The position numbers were made by a program, and so were the translations under genes. A stretch of DNA of 64,000 nt from positions 63,741-127,740 of the IMG/VR virus record IMGVR_UViG_2907208306_000002, one strand, 5' to 3'. Origin of the DNA: a virus. Its lineage: Duplodnaviria > Caudoviricetes. Below the pieces are notes generated by a model. It saw only the letters and a program-made list of their open reading frames with translations, searched no databases and had not been told where the DNA came from. Shown one piece after another: positions 8,344 to 18,277 of the stretch. The number at the start of each line of letters is the position of its first letter. Within the stretch, counting starts at the first letter, position 1.

Positions 8344-8513
8344 TGAAGCGTTTGAAAACAATTAAATACATATCTGAAACGCTGGTAGAAGATCTGGTTA
8401 ACGATGTTCTTAAAAACAATCGAGACCCTAACCATATGATACAGGCAGCGCTTGAATCTAGAAAGGAATATGGTTTAAAGGTTCAGGAGTTTATAGATAG
8501 ATTAAAGAGTTAA
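8343..8513 (+). CDS. Small hypothetical protein
   Basis: TAATG overlap, RBS GGAG. Confidence 0.6.
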   Translation: MKRLKTIKYISETLVEDLVNDVLKNNRDPNHMIQAALESRKEYGLKVQEFIDRLKS

Positions 8514-8529
8514 GTTGGGAGGTGGTGAT

Positions 8530-8697
8530 ATTTTCCCTGAATTATTCTTTCTTAGTGAAACAGATAGATATTTTATAAAATATAAATTGATAACTGATTA
8601 TGGATTTAAGCTCTATGAACTGGCTTCGTTGTGTGATGTCGATCTTGTAGAATTATTGGAAAATCAAAAAACAGTGACTATTGATAAGGAGAGATGA
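8530..8697 (+). CDS. Hypothetical protein, probable ATT start
   Basis: RBS GGAGGTG precedes ATT8530; track start TTG8515 lacks an RBS. Confidence 0.55.
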   Translation: MFPELFFLSETDRYFIKYKLITDYGFKLYELASLCDVDLVELLENQKTVTIDKER

Positions 8698-8888
8698 TTG
8701 ATCAAATGGTAAGCGAAAATCAAATGCGTAAATTTGTCGACAGTAATTTACCCAATATAAAAGTAAATCATTTTAGTACAGAAAAGAATCAATGGATTTG
8801 TGTTTTTCAAGAGGATTTCAAATATCCCTATATATCATTAACAACGAAGCAAATTGAGGAATCGACAGAACTAATAAAGAGTAAATAA
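8694..8888 (+). CDS. Hypothetical protein
   Basis: RBS, ATGA overlap. Confidence 0.65.
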   Translation: MIDQMVSENQMRKFVDSNLPNIKVNHFSTEKNQWICVFQEDFKYPYISLTTKQIEESTELIKSK

Positions 8889-8913
8889 AACATGTATTTT
8901 AAAATTAGGAGGA

Positions 8914-9174
8914 TTGTTAATAGTGGCATTGGGCGAATGTTCAGAAAAAATTCAAGCTTTTTGGTTTGGTGCAAATGGATGCGAATATGTTGCTTGGAAA
9001 GGATCTCATCAAATTTATGTATATCCGACAGATGAATACCCAAGTCCACCTTCATACATTATTCAGCATAAAAAACGAATTGAAACATTAGAAGAATTTG
9101 ATAATGCATTAATTCATGGAATTAGAATGAGAGCAACCTATTCGGAGATTGGAACGGGCGTTTTTGGAGATTAA
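8914..9174 (+). CDS. Hypothetical protein
   Basis: RBS AGGAGG; flanked by palindromic sites. Confidence 0.7.
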   Translation: MLIVALGECSEKIQAFWFGANGCEYVAWKGSHQIYVYPTDEYPSPPSYIIQHKKRIETLEEFDNALIHGIRMRATYSEIGTGVFGD

Positions 9175-9206
9175 ATAAAACTAGGATTTTATGAGGAGAT
9201 GTTATT

Positions 9207-9395
9207 TTGGATTTAAATGTAAATGAACTGAAGTTACTTCTTTTCCAGTTGGAACGTGAAAAGATATCATATGGTCTAACCGATGAAGAATCGGACTTGA
9301 TGATTAAGTTAGAGAAAAGATATAAAGAATTGGGGGGCTATGTTAAAGAAATCCAACAAGCCGAGAGCAGCAACTTAGCTCCATGGGAGGGTTGA
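9207..9395 (+). CDS. Hypothetical protein
   Basis: RBS and tiling. Confidence 0.6.
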   Translation: MDLNVNELKLLLFQLEREKISYGLTDEESDLMIKLEKRYKELGGYVKEIQQAESSNLAPWEG

Positions 9396-9399
9396 GACT

Positions 9400-9666
9400 T
9401 TGTTTGATGAATTAACGATTAAGAAAAATGATGATAATACATATTCACTTGAAGTAAAAAATGGAGTTGATCAAGCAACAGGAAGAGTAATTGATATTAA
9501 AGTAGATAAAATCGAAAATATTTCTATATATTCTAACAAAGAGACTCCACAGCAATTTGACTTCTTTGCTTCTAAAGACTGGAAAATTAATATTGAAGGA
9601 AATATTATACCAAGTAAAGACGGAGAATTGTGGAGATATGAGGATAAAGGATTTCTAATAAAATAA
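9400..9666 (+). CDS. Hypothetical protein
   Basis: RBS GGAGG and tiling. Confidence 0.65.
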   Translation: MFDELTIKKNDDNTYSLEVKNGVDQATGRVIDIKVDKIENISIYSNKETPQQFDFFASKDWKINIEGNIIPSKDGELWRYEDKGFLIK

Positions 9667-9707
9667 AGATTTGATAGGAAAGGAGAGTATAATAAACTCT
9701 CCACATC

Positions 9708-10037
9708 TCAGTAAACTAGATCAAGGCCAAAGAATGAATCAATAATATTCTTTAATTCCCGTCGTTTGTTTTCGTCTTCTTCTAAAATATATTGAATATC
9801 TAAGCCGTTGTTATGAGCTCGAACCTTAAGGATGTCTGCATCAATATACCTTTTGAGATTACCAGTCTGAGCAGCTTGTAATGGCACTAAAACCCCTTCT
9901 TCGGTTTTAGTGATAACGAATACACAGGCAACTTCAGGAATTTCATTACTAGGATGCAGACCAACTCTTTGCCAATCCAGTTTTGCCAATTCTTCAGGCA
10001 GAGAGGATCTATTAACCTTAAACACTGATTTATTCAT
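9708..10037 (-). CDS. Hypothetical protein on the minus strand
   Basis: RBS AAAGGGG; no competing + ORF; hairpin at 3' end. Confidence 0.7.
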   Translation of the reverse strand: MNKSVFKVNRSSLPEELAKLDWQRVGLHPSNEIPEVACVFVITKTEEGVLVPLQAAQTGNLKRYIDADILKVRAHNNGLDIQYILEEDENKRRELKNIIDSFFGLDLVY

Positions 10038-10129
10038 ACATTAAGCCCCTTTATTATTTTATATAACTATTATCGGATTTGGTTTACTGTTTATGAAACT
10101 GATAATTCATCAAGAAAGGAGGGTTCCCA

Positions 10130-10765
10130 TCGAAAATCTGTTCAACTTGTAACCGGTCAAAGGAAGAAAGTGAATTTTATTCAAGAACACAGTCTACTAA
10201 AAAACGTGGAGAGTTTATTTATATTTATCCAGAATGCAAAGAATGCACTAAGAAACGAAGTAGGAAATGGTCAATTAATAATAGAGACAGAGTCCGTAAA
10301 AGTGGAAATAAGCACAATACAAAATTGGACAGAAAACTAGATATGAGAAAGAACAATCAAAAATACAGAGAAAGCGGAGGCTATCGTTCTTGGTTAAACA
10401 GCAACAAAGATAAGATTCAAAAGTATCATGATGCAAAGTTAATGCACCGTACTCATAACATTACTGATGAAGAATGGAAGAAGTGCAAGGAATACTTTAA
10501 TAATTCATGTGCCTATTGCGGACTACATATTGATGACCACTATAGAAAAATAAGAGGTATCAACAAGAAGATTGATCTTCACAAGGAACACGTTGATCAT
10601 AGTGGGGCGAATGACATAACTAATTGTATTCCTTCGTGCTTAAACTGCAATAGTCAAAAATGGGTTTTCGAACTAGAAGATTGGTATAACGTATCAAATG
10701 AAAATTATACATATGAAAGACTTAATAAAATTTATAAATGGTTAAGGAAAGTAAGTTCTTGTTGA
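10130..10765 (+). CDS. HNH endonuclease with N-terminal CxxC zinc motif; start codon atypical or mutated (TCG)
   Basis: CAYCG...KEHVD...NCIPSCLNCN; frame open upstream of track start with KICSTC, paralogous to 14046. Confidence 0.75.
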   Translation, partial: SKICSTCNRSKEESEFYSRTQSTKKRGEFIYIYPECKECTKKRSRKWSINNRDRVRKSGNKHNTKLDRKLDMRKNNQKYRESGGYRSWLNSNKDKIQKYHDAKLMHRTHNITDEEWKKCKEYFNNSCAYCGLHIDDHYRKIRGINKKIDLHKEHVDHSGANDITNCIPSCLNCNSQKWVFELEDWYNVSNENYTYERLNKIYKWLRKVSSC

Positions 10766-10801
10766 AATCAGCATTTCATGAAAAGGGGGTGTCGGAAGGC
10801 T

Positions 10802-10948
10802 ATGACGACTAAGAAAAGTAATCACAAGCATGAGTATGAAATGATTGAAATCAAAGAGGATGGTTGGTTTACTCATGAAATGACATGTAAGATTTGTGGT
10901 CATGTAGGCAATCGTTACAGGATTGGACTGGATAAAGTGATGAAATGA
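10802..10948 (+). CDS. Small Cys/His-rich protein
   Basis: Translated by hand (HKH...CKICG); between two palindromic sites. Confidence 0.55.
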   Translation: MTTKKSNHKHEYEMIEIKEDGWFTHEMTCKICGHVGNRYRIGLDKVMK

Positions 10949-10970
10949 AACTTTTATAAGGAGGTATAAT

Positions 10971-11117
10971 TTGAAAAAGTGTGATGATTACTGTATTGCT
11001 ATTTGTGATTATTGTACTCATTTTAAATGGTTCAACAGGGAGTCAGATGATGAGTTTGATGGCAAATGTGAAATTGATAATCTAAAAAAGTATGCGATGG
11101 ATTCTTGTAATGTCTGA
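10971..11117 (+). CDS. Small Cys-rich protein
   Basis: RBS AAGGAGGT + TTG. Confidence 0.55.
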   Translation: MKKCDDYCIAICDYCTHFKWFNRESDDEFDGKCEIDNLKKYAMDSCNV

Positions 11118-11163
11118 TTAGAGCATACAGAATGCAACTACTATAAGGAAGTGATAAATATAG

Positions 11164-11313
11164 ATGAATGTTAAATGCTCCAAGTGCAGCGAAGAGGTAT
11201 TTGAATCTGGATCAATCAGCAGATGCTTGAGATGTGGTAAGCCAACGGAAAGAGAAGTTCCAGGTATAGAGTATTATGAAAATAAATATAAAGTAAAGGA
11301 TGATGAAAAATGA
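11164..11313 (+). CDS. Small zinc-ribbon protein
   Basis: CSKC...CLRCG; ATGA overlap with next gene. Confidence 0.55.
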   Translation: MNVKCSKCSEEVFESGSISRCLRCGKPTEREVPGIEYYENKYKVKDDEK

Positions 11314-11579
11314 GTCTGACAGCAGCTGAACGCGAAGCAGTCCTTACATACGATGAAGAAACTGATATGTACCATATTTTCTGTAGTTCCAGTAAAGAGC
11401 AGACACGTATGAGAAAAGCCGGATTTGAGCCCTATAAGACAGATAGTGACGGATCGAGCTATTATAAAGTTGAACGTAAACAGATTTCATTTAAATCTAA
11501 AGGCAAGAAACGCGAGTGGACAGAGGAGCAACGCAGAGCGGCCGCTGAACGATTGGCAAAGGCAAGACAAAGTAAGTAA
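11310..11579 (+). CDS. Hypothetical phage protein
   Basis: RBS; basic C-terminal helix. Confidence 0.7.
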   Translation: MSLTAAEREAVLTYDEETDMYHIFCSSSKEQTRMRKAGFEPYKTDSDGSSYYKVERKQISFKSKGKKREWTEEQRRAAAERLAKARQSK

Positions 11580-11599
11580 AAATACATAGGAGTGATTCA

Positions 11600-12187
11600 A
11601 TGGATTTGTTTTTTGCACGTTTGAAAGAATATATGATTAACAATGATTCGTTTGAGGAAATTGATCGTGTGGGATATTATCATACGCTTGAGCAACAGAA
11701 AGAAAATCTGCATGAATTACTTAGTGATTGTAATACATATGATTTCTCGTTTGAGTTTGATAGAACCGGTGATGTCGACAGTTATTACTCTCCAGGTAAA
11801 ATAATCATTAACCTGTATGACAAAAGTAAAATCGACGATTCGTACGCAGATTGGGAAAGACAATTAAATCACTTTTATACCGTTGATTTTGGTATTGAAG
11901 AGCGTTATTGGGGATATTGCACGTGCCAAGACACAGATGAAGGATTTAACTATGTTCATCGATGCTGCGGAAACGGATGTGATTGGGTCGCGCCAAAATT
12001 AAGCGTTACAAAGCATCAAGTATTAACCCATGGAAGTTTTAATGGCATAGAAAGAGATTTATGGAAGCTACAAGAGCAATGGACTGATAACCAAGAGGAA
12101 AGCGATAAGAGAGAGAAGGAAGCACAAATTAAATATATTCAAGATCAGATTGATACATTAAACAAGAAGAAAGAAGCTTTATTGTAA
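11600..12187 (+). CDS. Hypothetical protein
   Basis: RBS; 195 aa with Cys cluster. Confidence 0.75.
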   Translation: MDLFFARLKEYMINNDSFEEIDRVGYYHTLEQQKENLHELLSDCNTYDFSFEFDRTGDVDSYYSPGKIIINLYDKSKIDDSYADWERQLNHFYTVDFGIEERYWGYCTCQDTDEGFNYVHRCCGNGCDWVAPKLSVTKHQVLTHGSFNGIERDLWKLQEQWTDNQEESDKREKEAQIKYIQDQIDTLNKKKEALL

Positions 12188-12241
12188 ATACATATACATA
12201 AGTTTGCATGAAATGAGAATTTGATTTGAAAGGATTGTCGA

Positions 12242-12445
12242 GTGAACATTCAAAGCAAAGTTAATGAAATTGCACTAAAACAAATGAAGGATGGATGGTC
12301 AAAACTTGAGGATAAAGACAAAGAGTACCTAATTAATCTAATCATGAGTATCGAGAACGAGAATGTGAAGGCTTTTGTTCGGCAAGTTCATGTACTGATG
12401 AGTATAGTTGAGACAGAATGGAATGTGGGAGGCGGTCTCCAATAG
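12242..12445 (+). CDS. Hypothetical protein
   Basis: RBS and tiling. Confidence 0.6.
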   Translation: MNIQSKVNEIALKQMKDGWSKLEDKDKEYLINLIMSIENENVKAFVRQVHVLMSIVETEWNVGGGLQ

Positions 12446-12993
12446 CAAAAACAGAGCTCACCCAAAAGATTGAGAAGAATTTATATGAATATACAAATAA
12501 ACAAGGGACATTTGGCTGTTTTGAAGTGACAATAGGTTGGTTTGGATCAGAACGAGTTGACTACATTACTTATGACACCAAGGGGACTTGGCGCTGCTAC
12601 GAAATTAAGGTGTCCAAGTCGGATTTCTACAGCTCCGCTAAAAAAACATTCATTGGACACTTTAATTACTTCGTGATGCCGAAGGAATTATATGAACAAG
12701 TAAAAGATGACATACCCTCTCATGTAGGCGTAATTACAGACGGGAAATATTCTATAAAGAAAGCAAAACGACAAGAATTAAGCATTGACGAAAAGATACT
12801 TAAAGACTCACTTATTCGCTCCTTATCGAGAGATGCAGACAAACTTTATAAAAGCAATGATCCAGAAAAGTTAAATCGAATGAATAGACGTATTACTAAA
12901 GCAGAAAACGAGCGTAATGAATGGAGAGACAAGTATCACAAGCTAATGAATATTGGCTATGCAAAGTATGGTGTTGGCTGGCATAGGGAGTAA
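12442..12993 (+). CDS. PD-(D/E)xK nuclease-like (MmcB-like) protein, probable ATA start
   Basis: RVD...YEIKVSKSDF motif; RBS GGAGG then ATA overlapping upstream TAG. Confidence 0.65.
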   Translation: MAKTELTQKIEKNLYEYTNKQGTFGCFEVTIGWFGSERVDYITYDTKGTWRCYEIKVSKSDFYSSAKKTFIGHFNYFVMPKELYEQVKDDIPSHVGVITDGKYSIKKAKRQELSIDEKILKDSLIRSLSRDADKLYKSNDPEKLNRMNRRITKAENERNEWRDKYHKLMNIGYAKYGVGWHRE

Positions 12994-13027
12994 ATAATAT
13001 CGTGATTTTATAAAGAAAGGGGTATCA

Positions 13028-13276
13028 ATGGCAAATTTACAAGATGAGAGAGTTACCTTTTGTTCTGCTTGTTTCGCTACTAATGAAAATGGATCAAGCA
13101 CTCCAAATGGATGGTCAGTTAGGGACGTAGAGGATTTTGGAGTCAACTGCTATTGCATGAACTGTTCTGGCCATGGTGAGATTGTGATTATGTCACGTAG
13201 AGCCGCAGATGCTATACGACATAACGCATCCTGGGTAGGGAAGAGGTTTTATCCTTGTGATGAAGATAGAGACTAA
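13028..13276 (+). CDS. Zinc-finger hypothetical protein
   Basis: Two CxxC motifs; RBS. Confidence 0.7.
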   Translation: MANLQDERVTFCSACFATNENGSSTPNGWSVRDVEDFGVNCYCMNCSGHGEIVIMSRRAADAIRHNASWVGKRFYPCDEDRD

Positions 13277-13313
13277 GAAAATAAATTAATAATTTTGAAG
13301 AGGAGGTTGTTAG

Positions 13314-13523
13314 GTGGAACGACTGAAGACAATGCCATTTGATTCTCTTGAATGCTTAGAGGGCATTATAAGCCGCCTTGAAGGATTGATTAAGGCCTGT
13401 GATGGACGGAAAATGGATGAACGATTAGCAAGAGAATTTAGTGGGATGATACATGAACTCAAGCTTGTAAAAATGTACTTAACCATAGAGACTTGTGAAC
13501 GTGATGAACCAGATTGGTATTAA
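13314..13523 (+). CDS. Hypothetical protein
   Basis: RBS AGGAGG. Confidence 0.65.
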   Translation: MERLKTMPFDSLECLEGIISRLEGLIKACDGRKMDERLAREFSGMIHELKLVKMYLTIETCERDEPDWY

Positions 13524-13708
13524 TGGGAGGGAGAGAGGGAGTGATTCATTTTTTACTAGATGTAATTGGTGTTGTTGTTCTTTACTTAGTTATTAGTCTT
13601 ATTTGGATGGCTGCCGAGAAATTGATTTATGGCCAAATTACCCCGAGATTTATTGATGATGTTGTAGCTTTGGTTTTAGCTGTATCACTGTACTTTAATT
13701 TTAAGTAA
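13514..13708 (+). CDS. Small membrane protein
   Basis: Two hydrophobic segments; start uncertain. Confidence 0.6.
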   Translation: MVLMGGREGVIHFLLDVIGVVVLYLVISLIWMAAEKLIYGQITPRFIDDVVALVLAVSLYFNFK

Positions 13709-13759
13709 AAATAAGAATGTATTAATGAAATAGAAATTTGATCAAGAAAGGATGAACAT

Positions 13760-14020
13760 ATGTACGCTACTTATGAGCAAGAAAAAGCAAAAATTGATTT
13801 TCGGTTGATCTTCAATGATGAGCCAAACAACTATAGATTCACTAATACAGAACATTTGAAACTTGTTAATAAGTATGGCTTATATTGCGGAGATGTTAGC
13901 AAAGCAATTCGGTTGTCTGAACTACACACCCAAATTCAATTAGAAGCTGCTACTTGTGGAATTGATTTAGACGACAATTCATTAATCAAGTTGATTGGCG
14001 ACAATTATTACGGTGGTTAA
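13760..14020 (+). CDS. Hypothetical protein
   Basis: RBS. Confidence 0.65.
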   Translation: MYATYEQEKAKIDFRLIFNDEPNNYRFTNTEHLKLVNKYGLYCGDVSKAIRLSELHTQIQLEAATCGIDLDDNSLIKLIGDNYYGG

Positions 14021-14045
14021 CCCAAGTCTGAGGAAGGAGGATGAT

Positions 14046-14708
14046 GTGTTATTGAAACAATGTTCAACCTGTGGTTTAGAAAAAGAATTGAGTGAGTTCT
14101 ATTCACGAATAGCCTACAGTAAAAAACGAGGTGAGTATCTATATTATTACCCTGAGTGTAAAAAGTGTACTTCCAAAAGAGCAGATACCTGGCAAAAGAA
14201 TAATCCAGAAAGACACAAGAAAAGTAGAATGCGTTATGACAACAAAGAACATCGGAAGAAACTTCACTATCAGTATAACAAAAAAAGAATCAATAACGGA
14301 AAGCATAGAGAATACATGAGAAAAAATCCTGATAAAGTGAAGATGTATTGGAATAAACATAGAAAACATAATATTAGCGATTTGCAGTGGATTGAATGTA
14401 AGAATTATTTTGCAAATGAAAAGAAAGAATGGTGTTGTGCATATTGCGGTTTGTTACACAAAGCGCACTTTAAAAGGAGATTAGATAAGAATATTCCACA
14501 AGATCTTCACAAAGAACATGTTGACGATAGGGGTGCGAATGATCTAAGTAATTGTATCCCAGCCTGTCAGAGCTGCAATTCGAGTAAAAAACAAAGTAAT
14601 ATGCTTGATTGGTATAAAAAAAGACCTTACTTTAGTGTTGATAGATTGAGAAAAATTGAAGGATGGCTTGCAAAGGATTATAAAAAATACATAGAGGACA
14701 AAGATTAG
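14046..14708 (+). CDS. HNH endonuclease with N-terminal zinc motif
   Basis: RBS AAGGAGG + GTG14046; CSTC, ECKKC, CAYCG, KEHVD, NCIPACQSCNSSK. Confidence 0.85.
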   Translation: MLLKQCSTCGLEKELSEFYSRIAYSKKRGEYLYYYPECKKCTSKRADTWQKNNPERHKKSRMRYDNKEHRKKLHYQYNKKRINNGKHREYMRKNPDKVKMYWNKHRKHNISDLQWIECKNYFANEKKEWCCAYCGLLHKAHFKRRLDKNIPQDLHKEHVDDRGANDLSNCIPACQSCNSSKKQSNMLDWYKKRPYFSVDRLRKIEGWLAKDYKKYIEDKD

Positions 14709-14719
14709 GAGGATGATGA

Positions 14720-14953
14720 GTGAATTGTAACAATACGCACTGTTTATGGAACGCATTTGACCAGTGTTGTCCGGAGAGCGAAGAACTATATAATGCAGCT
14801 ACACCAGACCGATTAGATTGCCCTTCATCCATGAGGAAAGATCACCAAGAATCCATGTATCAAATTATGGATGAAGTTGATGAAATGATGATGAAGAGAA
14901 ATTTTAGAGAGTTGATTCAAATACATAAATTCGTTAAAGAGCAGAGGAAATAA
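14720..14953 (+). CDS. Cys-rich hypothetical protein
   Basis: RBS. Confidence 0.65.
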   Translation: MNCNNTHCLWNAFDQCCPESEELYNAATPDRLDCPSSMRKDHQESMYQIMDEVDEMMMKRNFRELIQIHKFVKEQRK

Positions 14954-15145
14954 GTATGGGGCAGAACTGGCTAGAAGATTACATGAAGTTTAAGGGCATT
15001 ACGCCTTTTGGTATTGTTATGTATCCATTCGTAGCAGCAATTGTAGGAGTTCTATTAACGTTCATGTACATACTAAAAATAACTTATTGGATTCAGAAGA
15101 AATTTTAAAAAAAGAAGTTAAAATGTAAATTTTATCGGAAAGGAT

Positions 15146-16075
15146 TTGAGGAGTATCGAGAAATTATTTAAGGTCGAACTGCCGCTCAACGATCTGTTAA
15201 AGTTGGATGGGAATGTGCCCGAGACAATCCAGAAAGTCATTGATGAAGCAAAAAAGGAGTCATCGTATGGCTTTGAGTTGCCGGTTATGAATGAGATTCT
15301 TAAGCAGTCTGAGAATAATGGAAAATTAACTTGGACAAATAAACAAATAACTTCATGCGAATTTTGCGATAAAAAGCGCGACTATTACAGATACCCACGC
15401 AGCAGCAGGTATCACAGCAAAGGCAACAAGAACTTTGATAAGCCGATTTATTACTCAGGAATCAAGTTCAACGAAGGCTTTGTAACCTTAAAAGGCTATG
15501 GAGATATGTGTTCTGAATGCTGCAGTAAGCATAAAGTTAAAGAACGTCTTATCGATTACATAATTGAGCACGATCTTAAAATCCAAGTCATGAAGAATGA
15601 CTATAAGCCAGGAAGATATCTCAGAGACGATATTCGTATTTGCTATGATTGTGGCGAGGAAATGCTTGAATCTCAAATGAGTAAAGAGATGACATTGATG
15701 GGGAACGGATATTATCCTTCGGGCTGTCCTAAGTGTGGAGCCAAGTCTTTACCATTCGGTAAGAGTCATAAAACAACTAGCAAATTCGGATATATTCATA
15801 ATCCTGAGTCGCTTGAAGAAGTGGTGGAAATGAAGAAGTTGGTTGATGAATATAATAAAGGTAAACAGGAAGAAGAGAAGTTTTGGTTTAATCAAAGTTC
15901 GAATTCAATAAGTTCTTTCTTTGTAAAAGAGAAGAAATGGTCAAACGGTAATAGAGAGGTTATTCAGTTTGGGACTAGTAGCAAAAAGTTTACAGTGGGG
16001 TATTTTTATAAAGACAAATGTGATGAATTTACGGAAGTTCTATTAAAACACGGATATATAGAAAATCAGAATTAA
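15146..16075 (+). CDS. Hypothetical protein with several CxxC motifs
   Basis: 309 aa ORF. Confidence 0.75.
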   Translation: MRSIEKLFKVELPLNDLLKLDGNVPETIQKVIDEAKKESSYGFELPVMNEILKQSENNGKLTWTNKQITSCEFCDKKRDYYRYPRSSRYHSKGNKNFDKPIYYSGIKFNEGFVTLKGYGDMCSECCSKHKVKERLIDYIIEHDLKIQVMKNDYKPGRYLRDDIRICYDCGEEMLESQMSKEMTLMGNGYYPSGCPKCGAKSLPFGKSHKTTSKFGYIHNPESLEEVVEMKKLVDEYNKGKQEEEKFWFNQSSNSISSFFVKEKKWSNGNREVIQFGTSSKKFTVGYFYKDKCDEFTEVLLKHGYIENQN

Positions 16076-16120
16076 GGTGAAACATAACTTTTATTAAAAT
16101 ATATGGGAGAGATTAATTAA

Positions 16121-16627
16121 ATGAAACTGTATGAACTTACAGGCATGTATAAGAAATTCAATGATTTCGCCAATGATGAACTCGAAAATGATGTAACCGA
16201 AGACGAGATTCAGGCACTAATTGATAACCTGGAGGCCATTGACGATCTAATTGAAAACAAATGCGAGAACACTGCTAAACTAATGAAGAATATTGAATCA
16301 GATATCAAAGCTCTAAAGGAAGAGGAAGAACGGTTATCTAAGAGACGAAAAGCCCTGCAGAACAGATACGATGGTATTAAAGGGTACATGAAAGTAATGC
16401 TGGAATCTAGCGGTAAACAAAAAGTAAATGCTGGATTATTTAAGATTAGAATTCAAAAGAGCAATCCTTCTCTAGAAGTAATCGACCCAAAACTGATTCC
16501 TAATGCATATAAAATTCCTCAAGATCCTAAAATCGACTCAAAGAGTATTTTAGCTGCCGTGAAAAATGGAGAAAAAATCGATGGAGTTCGACTCGTAGAA
16601 GATAAACAGCATTTAGTTATTTCTTAA
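16121..16627 (+). CDS. Siphovirus Gp157-family protein
   Basis: MKLYELT start, coiled coil IKALKEEEERL, C-terminal PKIDSK...KNGEKIDG. Confidence 0.85.
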   Translation: MKLYELTGMYKKFNDFANDELENDVTEDEIQALIDNLEAIDDLIENKCENTAKLMKNIESDIKALKEEEERLSKRRKALQNRYDGIKGYMKVMLESSGKQKVNAGLFKIRIQKSNPSLEVIDPKLIPNAYKIPQDPKIDSKSILAAVKNGEKIDGVRLVEDKQHLVIS

Positions 16628-16716
16628 TAAAATAAATATATACATATAATTATTTTGGTGGTATAATGACTTCAGTGGGGTTGTATACCACCATTTTTAA
16701 TAAGGAGGGTTAAATA

Positions 16717-16887
16717 CTGGAGAAAGTTGATTACACGGATGCAGAGAAGGAAGCGTTAGTGGATGCCATGCTTACAATGGTAAAAGGCAACCTAATGAAG
16801 TGTGATATCAATGACATATCGATTAATAGAAACGGTAATACATATAGTATTAATTTTAAACATAGGGAAGGAGGTTGCCTTAATTGA
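16717..16887 (+). CDS. Small hypothetical protein, probable CTG start
   Basis: RBS AAGGAGG + CTG; stop overlaps next start. Confidence 0.55.
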   Translation: MEKVDYTDAEKEALVDAMLTMVKGNLMKCDINDISINRNGNTYSINFKHREGGCLN

Positions 16888-17102
16888 ATCAGTTCAAGAC
16901 ATATATTCGTTTGATTCAAAATGATCAGTTTGACAATAAAACAGATATCCTTTTTACATATCCAAGACACATGCCAACTCCAATGATTGGTGAGACGATT
17001 AATTATAAAGATGTCGATTATACGGTGACTCATAAGCGTAGTTTACCAGAATACAGTACCATTGTAGTGTTTGTGCAGGAAGACGATATCCAATCGTGTT
17101 AA
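16884..17102 (+). CDS. Hypothetical protein
   Basis: RBS AAGGAGGT. Confidence 0.65.
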   Translation: MNQFKTYIRLIQNDQFDNKTDILFTYPRHMPTPMIGETINYKDVDYTVTHKRSLPEYSTIVVFVQEDDIQSC

Positions 17103-17138
17103 AAGAGTTCTTTTATTTAGAAATGGAGGATAAGATTA

Positions 17139-17333
17139 ATGAATTTATTACAGGTTATTGAAGAAATGAATGTTGGAGATATTGCTTTCGCAAGTTTCGA
17201 TTTCTTTGACTATTGGCATATTCTAAAAAGAGAAGATGGTGCAATAGTATATTGTGAAGCAGATGGTAAGCATCAGAATGAAATAGTTGGGCTCACGTAC
17301 AGCAATCTTAACTCAAGTTATAGAATTCTGTAA
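17139..17333 (+). CDS. Hypothetical protein
   Basis: RBS GGAGG. Confidence 0.65.
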   Translation: MNLLQVIEEMNVGDIAFASFDFFDYWHILKREDGAIVYCEADGKHQNEIVGLTYSNLNSSYRIL

Positions 17334-17366
17334 GACAGGTTTATCTTACTGGAAGGAGAATGGCAT

Positions 17367-17795
17367 ATGCTTAAACAGTTACACTCTTTAAGAGAAGGAG
17401 TATCGAATCTTATAAGATGGTTCCCAATAATCTGGCGCGATAGGGATTGGGACCAAGAGAACTTATACAAAATCGTACATAAGAAATTGGAACACATGGA
17501 GGACTTCTTCAGAAGCGAAAACACTCATATTAAAGCAGCTAAAGAGGTTGCTGATGAAATCAGAGAAGCAAAGGTTTTATTGGCTAACAAAATTAATACC
17601 GCTCATACGAATAAAGTTGATTATGATACTGATGAATTTATCAGCCTGAAGAATAATGAGTTCAACGTAGATAGAGAAAATAAAAACTATAAAGCATGGA
17701 TGAAAGAAATGAGTGCAGCAGAAGAACAAGAAAGTAAAGATATGAAGGCAGCGTTTGAAATCATCGGGAATAAATCTGAAAGCTGGTGGGACTGA
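17367..17795 (+). CDS. Hypothetical phage protein
   Basis: RBS; WFPIIWRDRDWD...WWD. Confidence 0.75.
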   Translation: MLKQLHSLREGVSNLIRWFPIIWRDRDWDQENLYKIVHKKLEHMEDFFRSENTHIKAAKEVADEIREAKVLLANKINTAHTNKVDYDTDEFISLKNNEFNVDRENKNYKAWMKEMSAAEEQESKDMKAAFEIIGNKSESWWD

Positions 17796-17850
17796 AAACC
17801 CATAACTCAATTAGATGAAAGTTCTACTTAATTCAAAGGAGTTGTTATAG

Positions 17851-18012
17851 ATTTTTCATAAATGGAAGCTAGTGTCTGATACTGGTAAGCATAGATATTA
17901 TGAATGCTCTTCATGCAACGCTCGAAAGGTCTTGATTGCTCCTGAAGGTTATCAACCACTCGACAAACAATGGCTTAAAGGGAGAGAAGCGAAGATATTT
18001 TGCAGAAAATAA
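17851..18012 (+). CDS. Small zinc-finger-like protein, probable ATT start
   Basis: RBS AAAGGAG + ATT; HKW...YYECSSC; bounded by palindromes at 17815 and 18017. Confidence 0.55.
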   Translation: MFHKWKLVSDTGKHRYYECSSCNARKVLIAPEGYQPLDKQWLKGREAKIFCRK

Positions 18013-18052
18013 TACGATGAAAGGCGCGTTTCATGGGGAATGGAGAGGAAAA

Positions 18053-18277
18053 ATGATTATTGAAGTAGGAAAATTACCTGATAGCGTTAAATCAATCATT
18101 CGGCAACAAACAACGGATTCTGAAGTGGATGTGTATTGGTCTAATGGTTGTAATGAAGAAGGAGAAGATTTTTATGAGCTTCAAGTAGAAAGTACTGATA
18201 ATCAAATAACATATTTTTATAAGGAAGGTTGGGGAGAGATAAACGGTATTGAGGAAGCATTGGAGGAATTGGAATGA
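18053..18277 (+). CDS. Acidic hypothetical protein
   Basis: RBS before ATG18053 (shorter than track ORF). Confidence 0.6.
   Translation: MIIEVGKLPDSVKSIIRQQTTDSEVDVYWSNGCNEEGEDFYELQVESTDNQITYFYKEGWGEINGIEEALEELE

Noticed and set aside
17936-18052. N-terminal part of track ORF 17936..18277
   Set aside because: Overlaps a better-supported ORF (17851-18012) and crosses a junction palindrome; RBS supports ATG18053
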